Below, piece after piece: positions 12,570-24,655 of a stretch of DNA of 64,000 bases (its first letter is position 1; each line of letters opens with the position of its first letter). The DNA comes from Sminthopsis crassicaudata. Taxonomy: Eukaryota. The stretch spans positions 537,884,465-537,948,464 of the forward strand of contig NC_133618.1 of assembly GCF_048593235.1 (NCBI RefSeq), given 5' to 3'. The notes below the pieces were generated by a model. It made no database searches. It saw only the letters and a program-made list of their open reading frames with translations, and was not told the DNA's origin. The translations under genes and the position numbers were made by a program.

Positions 12570-13720
12570 TGATTTAGTTTTCCTCAAGAGACATTATACT
12601 TTAGCTTTAATACTAAGCATCACTTAGGGGATGAGACTTTTACATGAAATTTTACCATCTGAATCTGAAAAGAAATAATTTTAAAGAAAGGTTTTGAGAG
12701 ATGCATTCTAAGATTTCCTAATAAGTATTTTGCCAGAGATAATTTGTTAGGTCTGATAGATCTGCTTAGCCAAGTGAATCCCAAGTTGGCCAAGATGGGA
12801 AGATCAACAGAAGGACCAGTGTACCTAGAAACCACTTGGCATAGGCAGGTAATTGCCACCATAGGAGAAATTGTGGCCTGTATTTTCAATGAAATTCCAG
12901 ATCATATGACTGCCATTGTTACCGGCAAAAGATTCAGATGGAGAGTATGTAAGAAGACAGGAGAGTTTTGAGGAAAAGAGTCCCATCTGAAGTCTCCCAA
13001 GAACAGAGCCATACTGAATCTTCTGTTCTTCCTTTTTCTGCCTAGTTAGTACTATCCTTACCATATCTAAATTAATGCTATTTTGTCAGAAAGTATTCAG
13101 AAGACAACCAATGTATATTTTCTATGATTCCTATGATGAAAAACATGGGCTGGAAAGGACAGCCCTGAGGAGGGCCCTTACATGTGAGGGGAAGCAGGTG
13201 TGACGGACAGAATTTTAAAATCCAGTCCTTTTTTGGGGGTTGGCAGATAGAACGAGGTGGCCCTTAGCACTCCTCAGCTCTTTGAAAGAGAGGCAGAAGG
13301 AAGAACCGAGAAAAAGAATGTTGCAGAAATTCCAGACAAGGAAGCTCTAAGACAAGGTAGTGCTTCTTTTCAGGATAGTCTCACCAGCCCAACAGGAGTT
13401 AGGCAATTTTTTCTTTGAAGCATTTAAGGAAGGGCAACTCTCACCCTCAAAAAGAGAAAGGGAAAAACAAGCCTTGGAGGAAAGATATTGTCAGATAATT
13501 TGGTTTACTGTTGGGCTATGAGGGAGAATAGAAAAGATAGGTGGTCCCTATTGTATAAAATTACATCTTTGTATCTTGTCATGAAAAGGGAGCTAAGGGA
13601 AAAGAGATGTCTGAAGTTCTTCAAAGAGATACTTAACATCAGAAAGTAGATTCAGAGATAGTTTAGTGTATGTTGATAAGATAGTCCAGGAGGCTGATGG
13701 GGGCTTCAAGTCCAATAGCA
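12570..13720 (-). mobile_element. Candidate highly decayed L1/Tx1-clade reverse transcriptase remnant
   Basis: Collinear RT-like motifs on the minus strand: PISLLD (13701-13684), KGPPQGCPFQPMFFIIGIIE (13179-13120), MALFLGDF...PQNSPVFLHTL...SG (from 13012), FTWLSR...HLSKPFFK (12778-12680). Recognised by eye only; some spacings are longer than in canonical L1. Confidence 0.4.
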
Positions 13721-13989
13721 TGTAAGGAATTATTTAATGCATGTGCTTTGTTCTAGATTGGACACTTATGATTAGAGTGTCCAACGGTAGCATGTTCTGG
13801 AGATAAAATTGCAATATAAAAGTTGGTATGACAACAGAGGGAGTAGCCTGAGAGTAATCATAAGGATGGAGAGTTTACAAGGGAAGAAGGTTGTGACCTG
13901 CCTGATATAATATATTTGGTATAAGGTTATGATGAAAGTCCTTAAATTAAGATTCTGTCTAATATGGTGTATTCTTTCTAAAATCAGAA

Positions 13990-14110
13990 GGAGTGTGTCA
14001 TGGAAATAGTGAACATGAACCTGGACAGTCTTCAAGGGATAATAAATAGAAGGACCTGGTGTGCTAGGAGTCTATAGGGTTATGAAGAGTCGGACATGAC
14101 TGAACAACAA
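13990..14110 (+). mobile_element. RTE (BovB-like tail) 3' end fragment
   Basis: GTCATGGAA...ATGAACCTGGACAG...GGGTTATGAAGAGTCGGACATGACTGAACAACAA. Confidence 0.75.
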
Positions 14111-15689
14111 ACTAGGTCCATCAGTACCAGTACTCCAACTTTCACTGGGGTTTGTAACAGTTTATTTTTAGAGCATCTTTAAGGCGGTATTTTATGTCAA
14201 ATGTCTATTTTTCAAAATGAGCAAATGATAGTGGAATCTTATTAAAGTCTCTATTCTTGCCAGTAAATCATGTGATTAAAATTGTGGCCAGGTAGAAATC
14301 TAGCTGTGAAAACCTGTTTGCTCCTTTGCATGTTCTGGTAAAAGAGATGTCTTACGCATACATAGACTGTTCTCAAAAAGATAATCTAGGGATGAGGAAG
14401 TTAACATGTGGGTCAGTATTCATTGATGGCTTCTTGATCTTTAGGGAGCTAGAAGAGGAAGTTGCAAAAAAGAAAGTACCATTTGTGATCTTTTCCATTC
14501 TTTGGCATCTTCACTTCTTTCATATAACCTGAAAACTGACTTTTAAGACTTTAAAATTCTCTGAGAGCACCAATTTCTTCCTAATTTCTTAAGTGACATT
14601 GCTACCTTCTCACAGTTTATTACATACTAAGGCATGAGAATCCAAATATGGGAGTTCCATTATTGTTGCCAGTGAAAATAGGTGATCATAGAAATGTTGG
14701 CACAATAACCTGCTTCATTTTTTTCTACTATTCTCCCAGTTTTCTCTACAACTGCTCTCAGAATAATCTAGCTTAGTTGGATTTTATACCAACTTGTTTG
14801 TAGACTAATTTTTGCCTGAAATGTTTATTACTACCTTGTAAAAAGACATTGCTTATACTGTCATTCTCCTCCATACTGTTTTGCAAGTAAACTTGTACTC
14901 TAATATAGTGTTGCCCATGGTTACCATGCCTTTGCTTGGCAAAGAGAGATTCTACTGACTAAAGTAATTTCTTGATTTTTTTCTAGTCATGTTGTTAAAA
15001 TGATTCTTTATATTCATTAGACTCCTCTTTTGTGACAACTGATCTTTTCCTGTTTCTCTGTACTTCAGGAGATAACTACTTGCTTAAATAAGTTAGTTTG
15101 AAGCTATTTTTCCAGTGTCTTCTTGTCATTTTTATCCTTTCTTATTTGGAGTCAACACTGACCTATGACCTAATGAATCACTAATGTGACCACAGGCTAA
15201 GTATGAAATAACTCCCACAGGGGTAACGATTAATTTCTTTTTGTTAGAAGTAAATTTCATTTTTTTAAAGGAGGCTAGTTAGTGCCCAACTTGCTTCTTA
15301 ATGAAAATATTCATGATACAGATGTTTCTTTAGATTTTCTTAATGTTGTACTTCATAAAGTTTCATCAGCTTTCCCCCTACTCACCTTTACAAGGAAGTC
15401 ACTAAGTATTAAGATACTTATGCTGATTTAGTTTTGAGTGTCTTGTTAAATACTATATAGAACTTCCTATTTATCTTCTCTGACAAATATTGATACAAAC
15501 CTACAATTATTTTTAGTGTATTCTGCTTGCACTCATTCTGAGCATTGTAAAGTAAGATAACCTAAGGTTTTATGATAAGTTTCACCTGACTTTTGGGACA
15601 TGTAAAACTACTCCTACTCTAATCATCTTTTCAAAAAGAACCTGTGAGATATGCTTTCATTTAAATATAACTTTTTAATAGTAGTGCAT

Positions 15690-15850
15690 AGCTCTAGAGT
15701 TGGAAGGATGCTCAGAGGTCATCTAGTCAATGCTTCATTTTTCTAATGAAGAAAATAAGACCTCGGGAGATGAAGTAGTTTGCCCCAAGGTCACAAAGGT
15801 GATACATGCTAGAGAGAGAATTTTGGCTTCAGAGCTAGTATTCTTTACCA
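15690..15850 (-). mobile_element. MIR-type CORE-SINE fragment
   Basis: AGAGTTGGAAGG...GAGGTCATCTAGTC...TGCCCCAAGGTCACA. Confidence 0.7.
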
Positions 15851-17189
15851 TGAATTGGATTTTGATTTATAACAAAAGTGGTAATAAAAACATGGCTTAG
15901 GTTCTCCAGTAGTAGATTAAATATTAAGACCCCAGAGACAATTCTTTACCATAATGATCCATCATATTGAGCCTATTTTTGGAGAAGGAAACCATTTAAA
16001 TATGGGAAATAGTCTTTTTATCATGTAACCAAACACACCCTCATTTCTTAAACTTTGTTTCCTGTGCTCCAAAAAACATACAATAAATTCCTCTTTTCTT
16101 CCTGGATTATAGGGGAAACATTTAACAGGATAGTAAAATTCACATTAGAGGAGACTTAAGAAACTAAAATTAAGATTTTGGGTGAAAAAGCTTAGAACAT
16201 TTCCCAACTTATGTTCCATGAAACTATGTTCCAAAGTACAACTAGGAATACCATAAAAAAATTAAAAAGAAATATGATGCTATTGATAGTTTTATCTCTA
16301 AAATATTAAAGACAAAGTTATATAAAACATCAATGTGATAATTGGAAGGGGTATAAAGATAGTTTTAATTTAATTGAGGCCTCTTTTCCATTTTCTTCTT
16401 ATAGTACCTCCCCCATAGTATTCCCCATTTCAAAAACAGCAATCTGGCTTGAAGAATCCTTTGTAATTTGGTATTGGTACATGTACTGCTAGAATGTTGA
16501 TCATGATTCATTTAAAGACAGTAAAAATGAGTCGCTGCATTTTAAAGAAAGTGCTGCAATGAGCTTGCCCAGCAAAAGTGTATATAACAACTACATTACC
16601 TATTTAATTGCCTGAGCTGATCTTAAAAGCTCTGATCTTTAATTGCCTGATTGAACTGATCTTAAAAGCTACATCTTTCTTTTTTTTTTTCTTTTTAAAT
16701 CAAGGAGAAAATTAAATGAGGCTTTTTGGTAAATAAAATGGTATCTTTAATCTTTTTTTGTAGACTCCAAGTTATTAAATATGAACAATAGAAACTACAA
16801 ATATTAACAGGCATGATAATAACTTCTCAATATAGAGTAAGTTTCTGACTAAAATTCTTTAGCAGGATCTTCTAGGATGTCTGGGAGTTTCTACTTCTCA
16901 ATAAGAACCATAGGTTTTTAAATCTTGAAGGTGGAAGTTTAAATGTACAGGTCAAGAAACTTAAAGCTAAACCTATAAACATATTTAGTAGGTTTTATTA
17001 TCATAGCACATTTATTTCTACAGCTGATCACTCTTCAACACTGGGAAATAACAGTGCAACTGCATTCTAATTTATTACTCTGTCTAGATAGATAAAAATA
17101 TGTATACACACACTGGTGATTATTTAAAACTGAAATCCCAGAAGGGAACACTGCTAGACCATGATATATTATTTCCCCCTCCCATGATT

Positions 17190-17620
17190 CTTTTTTAAAA
17201 AAGCTTTTTATTTTCAAAACACATGCATAGATTATTTTCAACATTCACCCTTGCAAAAAAACTTTGTGTTACAAATTTTTTTCTCCCTTCCTTCCCTCCA
17301 CTTCTTCATCTAGACGGCATAATCCAATATAAGTTAAACATGTGCAATTCTTCTATACATATTTTCACAATTACTGCACAAGAAAAATCAGATTAAAAAG
17401 GAAAAAAAACAAGAAAGAAAACAAGATGCAAACAAATAACAACAACAACAACAAAAGTGAAAATACTATGTTGTGATCCACACTCAATTTCCAGAGTCTC
17501 TCTTTGGGTGCAGATGGCTCTCTTTATCACAAAACCACTGGAACTAGCCTGAATCAATTTGCTATTGAAAAGAGCCACATCCATTAGAATTGATCATCGT
17601 ATAATCTTACTGTTGCTCTC
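17190..17620 (-). mobile_element. L1 3'UTR fragment
   Basis: AAAGCTTTTTATTTTCAAAACACATGCATAG...GAAAAGAGCCACATCCATTAGAATTGATCATCG; same family as 8330 and 36590. Confidence 0.88.
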
Positions 17621-18538
17621 ACATGCTTCTTTATTCCCTATTTTTCACTTTGTAGGAAACTGAATGAAGCTGGGGGAGAAATGAGAAGAAAAAGTGAAGC
17701 TAAAGTACTTCCTCTTTTTTACTTTGAATTGACCAAGACTTTTCTCAGTAGAAGCTCATCTAAGGCTGAGAAGGAAGGTTCAGTAAAAGGACAACTATTA
17801 GTAGTTCTGCATACTTATTTATGTCTATCCTAGCAAATGGGATAAAAATATCTGAATCCATCTACTAAGGTGGCAGCACCCATGCCCATGATACAAAATG
17901 TCAGTATATTAAGGAAAGAAATCACAAAATGTGATTCTTCTATTATCAGATTCTATCAGTTGGCTGAAGGTCAGGAAGTTAAGTGATTGGTTTAGGATGC
18001 TATGATTAGTAAATGTCAAAGGTAGCATTTGGACCCTGGACTCCCTGATGCTAAGTCCAACATACTATTTGTTATGCCATGATGCCTTTCAGAGATTCTT
18101 GCAATATGTCCCTCAAATAAGAGCTGGCTATTAGGTCTATGATTCATGTGTGTACTCAGATGAACAGACAGCAAATGCATAGAAATGCCACTGCTACCAC
18201 ATTAAAGAAAGTTGGGCTGCTGGGTTGTGAGGGCACAAAGATAGTAGTTGTTATCAGTAGCTCTAGAAACTACAGCATTCTTCCTCCCATGCCAGAGCAA
18301 CCACCAGCCAACAATTACAAACAGGAAGAAGCACTTTTCAGCTGATGTTTATTACTCTAGCCTACGGGTGTCAAACTCAAAGAAAGAGAGACCCTCTGAG
18401 ACTGAATTAGAAAAACATGGCAACTGACTTAGAAAATGACATAGCAACATGTAAATCCACTTAAAACAGCTACCTTTTCAGTTCCCTATTTCAACTGAAA
18501 GGAAAAATTAATAGATATTTCCCTAATATCAATAGTAC

Positions 18539-18571
<33 letters not shown>

Positions 18572-19304
18572 ATCAAATAACCCACCTGGATTAACAATCC
18601 AGATTATCTGTATGACCTTCCTAAAATAAATAAGAATGGCACATCTAAGTGTTGCTGCTGACAAAATATCATCCAGAAACCTTCAAAAGACTGAAATTAT
18701 GTTTGTGGCTGCTAATTTTAAAAAGACAAACCAACAATAATTGCAAGTTAACTAAAACTTCTTCATTATCACTGAATTTCTCAGAAAGATTCTCAGAGGA
18801 TTATTTGGTTTCATAGCAGTAAAAGTTCGCCTGATAGGCAGTTTCTACCACCCACAAGATTGTATTGTTGGCATAAAGTATAAATTAACCTTAACAATGA
18901 TTCTAAAGAAAACAGTATTTTTATGGAATTCAGGTTATTACTATTCTATAGAACCACTTTTTTGTCTTAATCTATTTTTTACTTCTAAAATTAATATGAC
19001 AATAAGAATTGATTACTAGGTTAATTAGAATAAACCCAAAATATCTATTTGGGGAACGAAGGAGGCTATGAGTATTGGATAACCTCTATGAAATTCATAG
19101 AATATAAATAATATCATCTACAAATAAAGATAATATAAACTTTTCATATTTTTCCCATCTACTGACATTGGATATGTACATATGTCCACCTACATGTATA
19201 CATACATACATTTACAGAGAAAATATTGTATTTAAATCACCCCAGCCAAAATTCCCTAATGTATATTTTTATATCAGCTGCCCACTCAAAAAAAAGGATG
19301 ATAA

Positions 19305-19540
19305 TGATAATAGCTAATATTTAGATAGAACTTAATCTGTGCCAGGTTTGTGTAAAATACTTTACAATTCTTTCCTTATTTGATCTTCACAATAACTCTG
19401 AGAGTAAGGTGCTATTATTATTCCCATTTCACAGATGAGGAAACTGAGGCAGAAAAGTTAAGTAACTTGTTCAGGTCACAGATAGCTAATATCTGAGGCC
19501 AAACTTGAACTCAAGTCCAGTCAGTATTCTATTCATCTGA
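19305..19540 (-). mobile_element. MIR-type CORE-SINE
   Basis: CCCATTTCACAGATGAGGAAACTGAGGCAGA...TTGAACTCAAGTC. Confidence 0.8.
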
Positions 19541-20135
19541 CCATTCATTTAACTGGCCTCATGGCAGCAATAACAGTGTTAAGTAGAAATTTATTTTGAA
19601 GTTTCATTTAACTTGTACAATTTTTATAGAATAAAAAATGAGTGGACATTTTAGTCTGTAAAGCATAGATTTAGGAAGAAATCTGGAATCACTAGGATTA
19701 AAAAAAGAAAAAAAAAACAAATAAAACCTTAGTAACAGATGTGATACAACAATTGAAAACATGAGTTGGTTTTTTCTCTCATTGTTTATACCTTTTTTAA
19801 AAAAATGTTTCTTTTAATCACATCTAATGTGTGTGCTATTGCATTTCCCAACTGTGCATAAGTCTAGAGTGAGCAGATGTGTAAAATTAAACAGTACTGT
19901 TACTAACATTAGGCCCTGAAGTTGCTTTGTAATAGTCTGTTTCTTACTTAATAATTTGCTTCAAATGAATCCAGACATTTTGGGAACATTAAAATAAGCA
20001 AGGAGAGGTTCCTTATGTAACATTCAACAGTTATCAGATTATTGTCTCATCTGTTTTGTAAATAGACCAGACAGACTTCTGACTATTTCATTGATTTCTT
20101 ATTTAAAGTTTTAAGTTGAAAGTATTAAGAAACTA

Positions 20136-20449
20136 CAATTATCCCTTTCACATCATGGGGATTTAGGAGTGTGGTACCTCTTGCAATATGGAAAATCCAC
20201 ATAAAACTTTTTGACCCTCTCTTTGTGCCAGAAAAGTCTGAATTATTAAGGTATTAAAAATAAAATATGTTGACATTATACAGTACTATACATATTTTAT
20301 GCACTTCTGTGGTTCTAAACTTTTTCTGTATCATCTCTTGGCCTTCATATGTTGTCAGCAGTTTTTGCAAAACTACCCAGAAATCCCCATTTAATTTCTT
20401 ATACTGATCTGTGATATACTGAAAAGTCACAATGTAGAAGGATTAAGTG
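20136..20449. mobile_element. Tc1/mariner (Tigger/pogo-like) MITE
   Basis: TA dinucleotide on both sides (20134-35 and 20450-51). Imperfect TIRs: CAATTATCCCTTTCACATCATG versus reverse complement CACTTAATCCTTCTACATTGTG. Confidence 0.75.
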
Positions 20450-20824
20450 TAATCTTAAGTCATACTATTATAACATCTGGAACCATTAAGTGAGTAAATG
20501 AAGGCAAATTCATTGAAAGTAAAAAAATTTAAACAATTAGAGATAAGTAATAGGATAGGCGATATCATATATAAATTCTAAGAAAAGTTTTTATGTAGCT
20601 TTGCTTAAGCATTTATATTGCAAATATGGAACCACAAGAATCCATATATTTCCAGTGACAGGAATAAGCCAATAAAATGTTTTGAAAACATTATATGCCA
20701 TGACAACATTTATGTCCCATATATCCCCAAAATTTTGAATGTCATTAAAGATGTGGCACTATTTCTTAAATACTAGGCCAAATGTTAATTTTACAAATAA
20801 GGGAAAATTTAAATCAACACATAC

Positions 20825-20873
20825 CTCTATGTAATATCTTTAAACTCCACAGGTAGGTTAGGCCTTTAACAAC
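20825..20873 (-). CDS. MAP2K5: MAP2K5 coding exon (approx. exon 13), 49 nt, VVKGLTYLWSLKILHR+D, leading into the HRD catalytic loop
   Basis: Reverse complement reads tag|GTT GTT AAA GGC CTA ACC TAC CTG TGG AGT TTA AAG ATA TTA CAT AGA G|gtatg. Peptide matches recalled MEK5; phase 0-1 continues from the exon at 27463-27524. Confidence 0.97.
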
Positions 20874-20959
20874 CTAAATATATAAAAGACAAAAGGTAAA
20901 AATGTGTTAAATTAAGAATTTAAAATTTTAAAGTGATTAAATCAGATTTCAAAACAATC

Positions 20960-21500
20960 AATACAATATTTAATATTTACTAGGTTTGTGTAAGATCCAA
21001 TGATAGGTGTGGTAGGATATACAAAAGAATAAAAGGCATGATCTGATCTTCCTATTGCCTACCTTTAATCTAATTATGGAGATAGGATATATGTATATAA
21101 GACTTTAATACTATGAAATAGTAAACAAATGTAAATTTAAAATGTATGGTAAAACAAGAAATCTATAGAACTTCAGAGAGGAACAATTAGGCTGGTGAGA
21201 TTATTTAAATCTTGAAGGACAGATAGGTTTTCAACAGGGAGATCTTGATAGGAGACAAACCAATTCAGAAACAGAAAAGAAAAGAGCAAAGTTGTATTTG
21301 GAGGAGTGCTGTTGTCCAGTTTGGCAGAAGGTTTGCGCATGGGAGTAGTAAAGATCGAAAAGGTTGACACTATGTAATAAAGACAAAGTAAACACTGAAA
21401 TCAGAATGATCTGATTTTCCACTCTCAGCAATCTACATTAGCAACCCAAGAGTCAACTAAGATTATGAGATTGTCTGCCAATGTATAATCCCTTTTTGCC
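20960..21500 (-). mobile_element. L2 LINE fragment
   Basis: Purine-rich decayed L2 3' region (AATATTTACTAGG...AGATAGG...TAATCTAATTATGGAGA). Confidence 0.55.
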
Positions 21501-22584
21501 AATGTATAATGCCTTCTAATGAGAAAATCAAAAATTGGTATTAGCCAATAATTTTTTTGAAAAAATGATTTAATAAATATTTCATTTGCATTATGAAATT
21601 ACCAGGAAAGTTTATAAACTGGCAGCACAAAGCAGCAGTTATTTTAACATAAAATTCACAGTTTCCCACAAAATGGAGTGGATTTGTTGTATACATGGAA
21701 CATCAACTGTGGAATCTTACAGATAATCATTATTACCCCTGAAAAAATTACCAGATCTAAAACACACATATTCCCAAACTCATGATATATACTTCTTAAT
21801 TGTGGCCATTGATTAGCCAATCTTTTGAATCTTTATTAATAAGCTATCAAAGTGCATGGAACTGTGTTTTTTACAAACCATCAGTGCGCACAAGGGCACA
21901 CTCTGGTAATTATTGCAGCAGTTCAAAGAGTTCTACATATGAACTGCTTAAGAGCAAGACTTACAAATTTCTCTATTCACAAGTTAATTAATCATCAAAA
22001 TTTGCTTAAAATTAGCATATAAATTTTACTAGGCATGAAGAATATACACCATATCAAAATAAAAACTTCAAGCCAAGTACACACAAAAAAAACCAAAAAT
22101 CAAAAATCAATCCTCCAAAGTGAGAAGTGGTCATGAACTAATTTGTCTTGAAAACAAGGCAATTAGATTTGGGAATTCATTGTGTAAATATCTCAACTAA
22201 AACAGAAATCCTAAGAACAAAAAAAGAGAAAGAAAACATGAAAGATAAAGTCAGTAAAGTCAATTTTAAAAGATGTCACTAAAGATCTAGGGCAGGACAA
22301 AATCTCTATTAATTAATGCAGGACAGAGGTTAACATTTTAATTGTACACATATAGTTCTTCGCTCTTGAAAGGTATGCTAACATAGTGTAATAAATTTCA
22401 TTAGGTGTTTGTATAGTAGTGTAAAGAAGAGATAATTGCTTCTAAAGATAATCTACCAGGGAAAATTTCACATAAAATTAATTTTTGCTTTAGTATGGGA
22501 AATTTTTGTCTCAGAAGTAAAGAAACCACACTATATAAAGAAGAATGCATTTATTAGTCACTGAAGGGAAGGGAAAGGAAGAAT

Positions 22585-22835
22585 GGAATAAGCATTCATT
22601 AAGCTCTTACTCTGTGCCAGGCAATGTGCTAAAGACTTTATAAATATTACCTCCCAACAACCCAGGGAAGTAGTTATTATTATTATCCCTACTTTATACT
22701 TAAGGAAATTGAGGCAAAGAGGTAAGTTGACTTGCCCAGGTTTATACAGTTAGTTAGTATGTGAGATCCACTTTGAACTCAGGCCCTCTGATTACTGGCC
22801 CAGCACTTTTATCTACCATACCACCTAGCTGTTCA
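22585..22835 (-). mobile_element. CORE-SINE (MIR/Mar-type with L2-like tail)
   Basis: AAGCATTCATTAAG...TGTGCCAGGCAATGTGCTAA...GACTTGCCCAGG...TTTGAACTCAGG...CCACCTAGCTG. Confidence 0.8.
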
Positions 22836-23971
22836 GAAATTCAGATACATTGTTTTTAGGTATATAAGGTTAATACTAGCTAATAATTAACAATTTTCTT
22901 TCCAAGTCATAAAAGAGCCATTTTTTTGGTATAAGAATCAGTGTCTATGGGCACTGGTAATGATATTAGTTTTCATTTCTAGGCTTGAATATTTATATAA
23001 TTAAAATTTTTTTATTAAAAAGCAATACACTAGTGAAAATCTTGGAGAATTAGTGAATAGGCAGAAAACTCCTTGCCTGAAATACAAATTATTAAATCAA
23101 AATTATGAAGAGAGAATAAAAAGTTTTAGTGTTTCCTAAAATTTTAAACTATGATAATGTTATTTTAAGTTTTATTGAAATATACTCAAATTTCCTCTTA
23201 AGAGCACAGGAGAATTCTCATTTGACAAAGAAATCAGAACTCTTTTTATAGAAAACCTAGCGGGCATTATTGGTATTCAGTTGACTAAGTCTTAAAATGC
23301 CTTGACAAAGCCTTGACACTCAAAAGTACTTATACCTATTGTAAATCACTCACTTTCTGACAGTTCAAGTGCACATCCTTTCAGGGACAACTTCAATTAA
23401 CATTAGCACTCAAAATACAGTGCAGAATGTCATGGCTTCACAAACCAAAGGGACAATAATATAGTGTTCACCCAAAGCAGGATTGGCATAATTTCTTACA
23501 GGTTTCAAGAAAGTAAACATTTCACAGGAGGAAGGGCTGAAGATAACTAGCTCATGTATTAACTTAGGGATTCCTTTGTTCAATTTTAGAACCTCCCATC
23601 ATTCATCCCATGTCTGATGATCTGAGTAAATTATTGCTGAAATAACTGAAAGAGTCACTATTGCTTCCTTCTGTTTGGATCCCTGCCTTTCATTTCAGTG
23701 ACTAAAACCAAGAATAATCCTCTGACTAAAGGTTTCTAAATGTAAAAAGGAGCAGATATTGAAATGATTTATTTATCTTGATTTATTACTTTCCATCTTC
23801 ATCTCTTCATTTTTTCTCTTTTTTCTCCCCTTTTTTCCCCTTCCTTCTTCTCTCCTGATGCTACTTCTACTTTTCCATTTCCTCTTCCCTGGATGACACC
23901 CTGGGTACTATTTGGTCTTGAGGTTGGAACAGTTGCTGATTCCTCTTCTAGGATAATATTCATGCAGTCCC

Positions 23972-24137
23972 AACACACATACAGATCACAGGACAACAGA
24001 TTTAGATATGAATGGAGCTTTGGAAATCATCTAATGCTCAGCTTCTTAAACTCTAGTTTGCGACTCCATATAGAGTCTCATATATGGGGGCCAAGCAATT
24101 ATGATTTATTTTATTATCAGTAAATGTTTGATTTGTA
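23972..24137 (+). repeat. Copy A of a local ~165-bp direct duplication (partner 26418-26578)
   Basis: Manual alignment gives 13 mismatches over 161 aligned bases plus one 5-bp indel (~92% identity). Confidence 0.92.
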
Positions 24138-24539
24138 AACTGCCTCTCTAAGGAAGTAATCATCTATAGCAGAAAATGGAATCAGGCTAGGAGAACATTT
24201 ATTGAATTGCCTCTTTATCAAACTAATTCCAATAAAGTTCTTCACTAATGCTCATTGACATGGGGGTAGATCTTGGTTCTTGAAGACTATTTGAAAATTC
24301 TGATTGGTCCTACAAACTAATTTTTCTATGTTCATTACCAGAAAGTCAACTCAAACATCTATCAATCTACCTAAACCACAGTAATTCCTTAAACCCATCT
24401 CTGGGAGGAACCAAATCTCTGTGATTTTCATTAGTGTAAGGAGTACTCAGACCAATGTCATTAGAAATTTTTTGTGAGGTAGTGAGATTCAACTACAGGC
24501 TACAACTTATAATTAGAGTGAAAGAGAGAAATGAGCCTT

Positions 24540-24655
24540 AAATTCTTTTTTTCTTTCTTTATTTACAAGATATATGCATGAGTAATTTTACAGCATTGAC
24601 AATTGCCAAGCCTTTTGTTCCAATTTTTCCCCTCCCCTCACCCCTTCTCCCAGAT
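24540..24655 (-). mobile_element. Short L1 3' tail fragment
   Basis: TTTACAAGATATATGCATGAGTAATTTTACAGCATTGAC...CCCTTCTCCCAGAT; the reverse complement resembles the tail at 36390-36500. Confidence 0.75.

Noticed and set aside
12582-12630. PQETL...HHL.GD resembling bornavirus L protein
   Set aside because: Flanking motifs are not collinear, and the opposite strand gives a more coherent RT-like explanation.
13133-13165. MMKNMGWKG resembling a G-patch domain (possible retrocopy)
   Set aside because: No GLG/PI continuation and an immediate stop; it is the antisense reading of the PQGCP RT-like motif.
13758-13784. Hairpin TTGGACACT-N9-AGTGTCCAA
   Set aside because: A 9-bp stem is expected by chance in 64 kb and is too short for a pre-miRNA.
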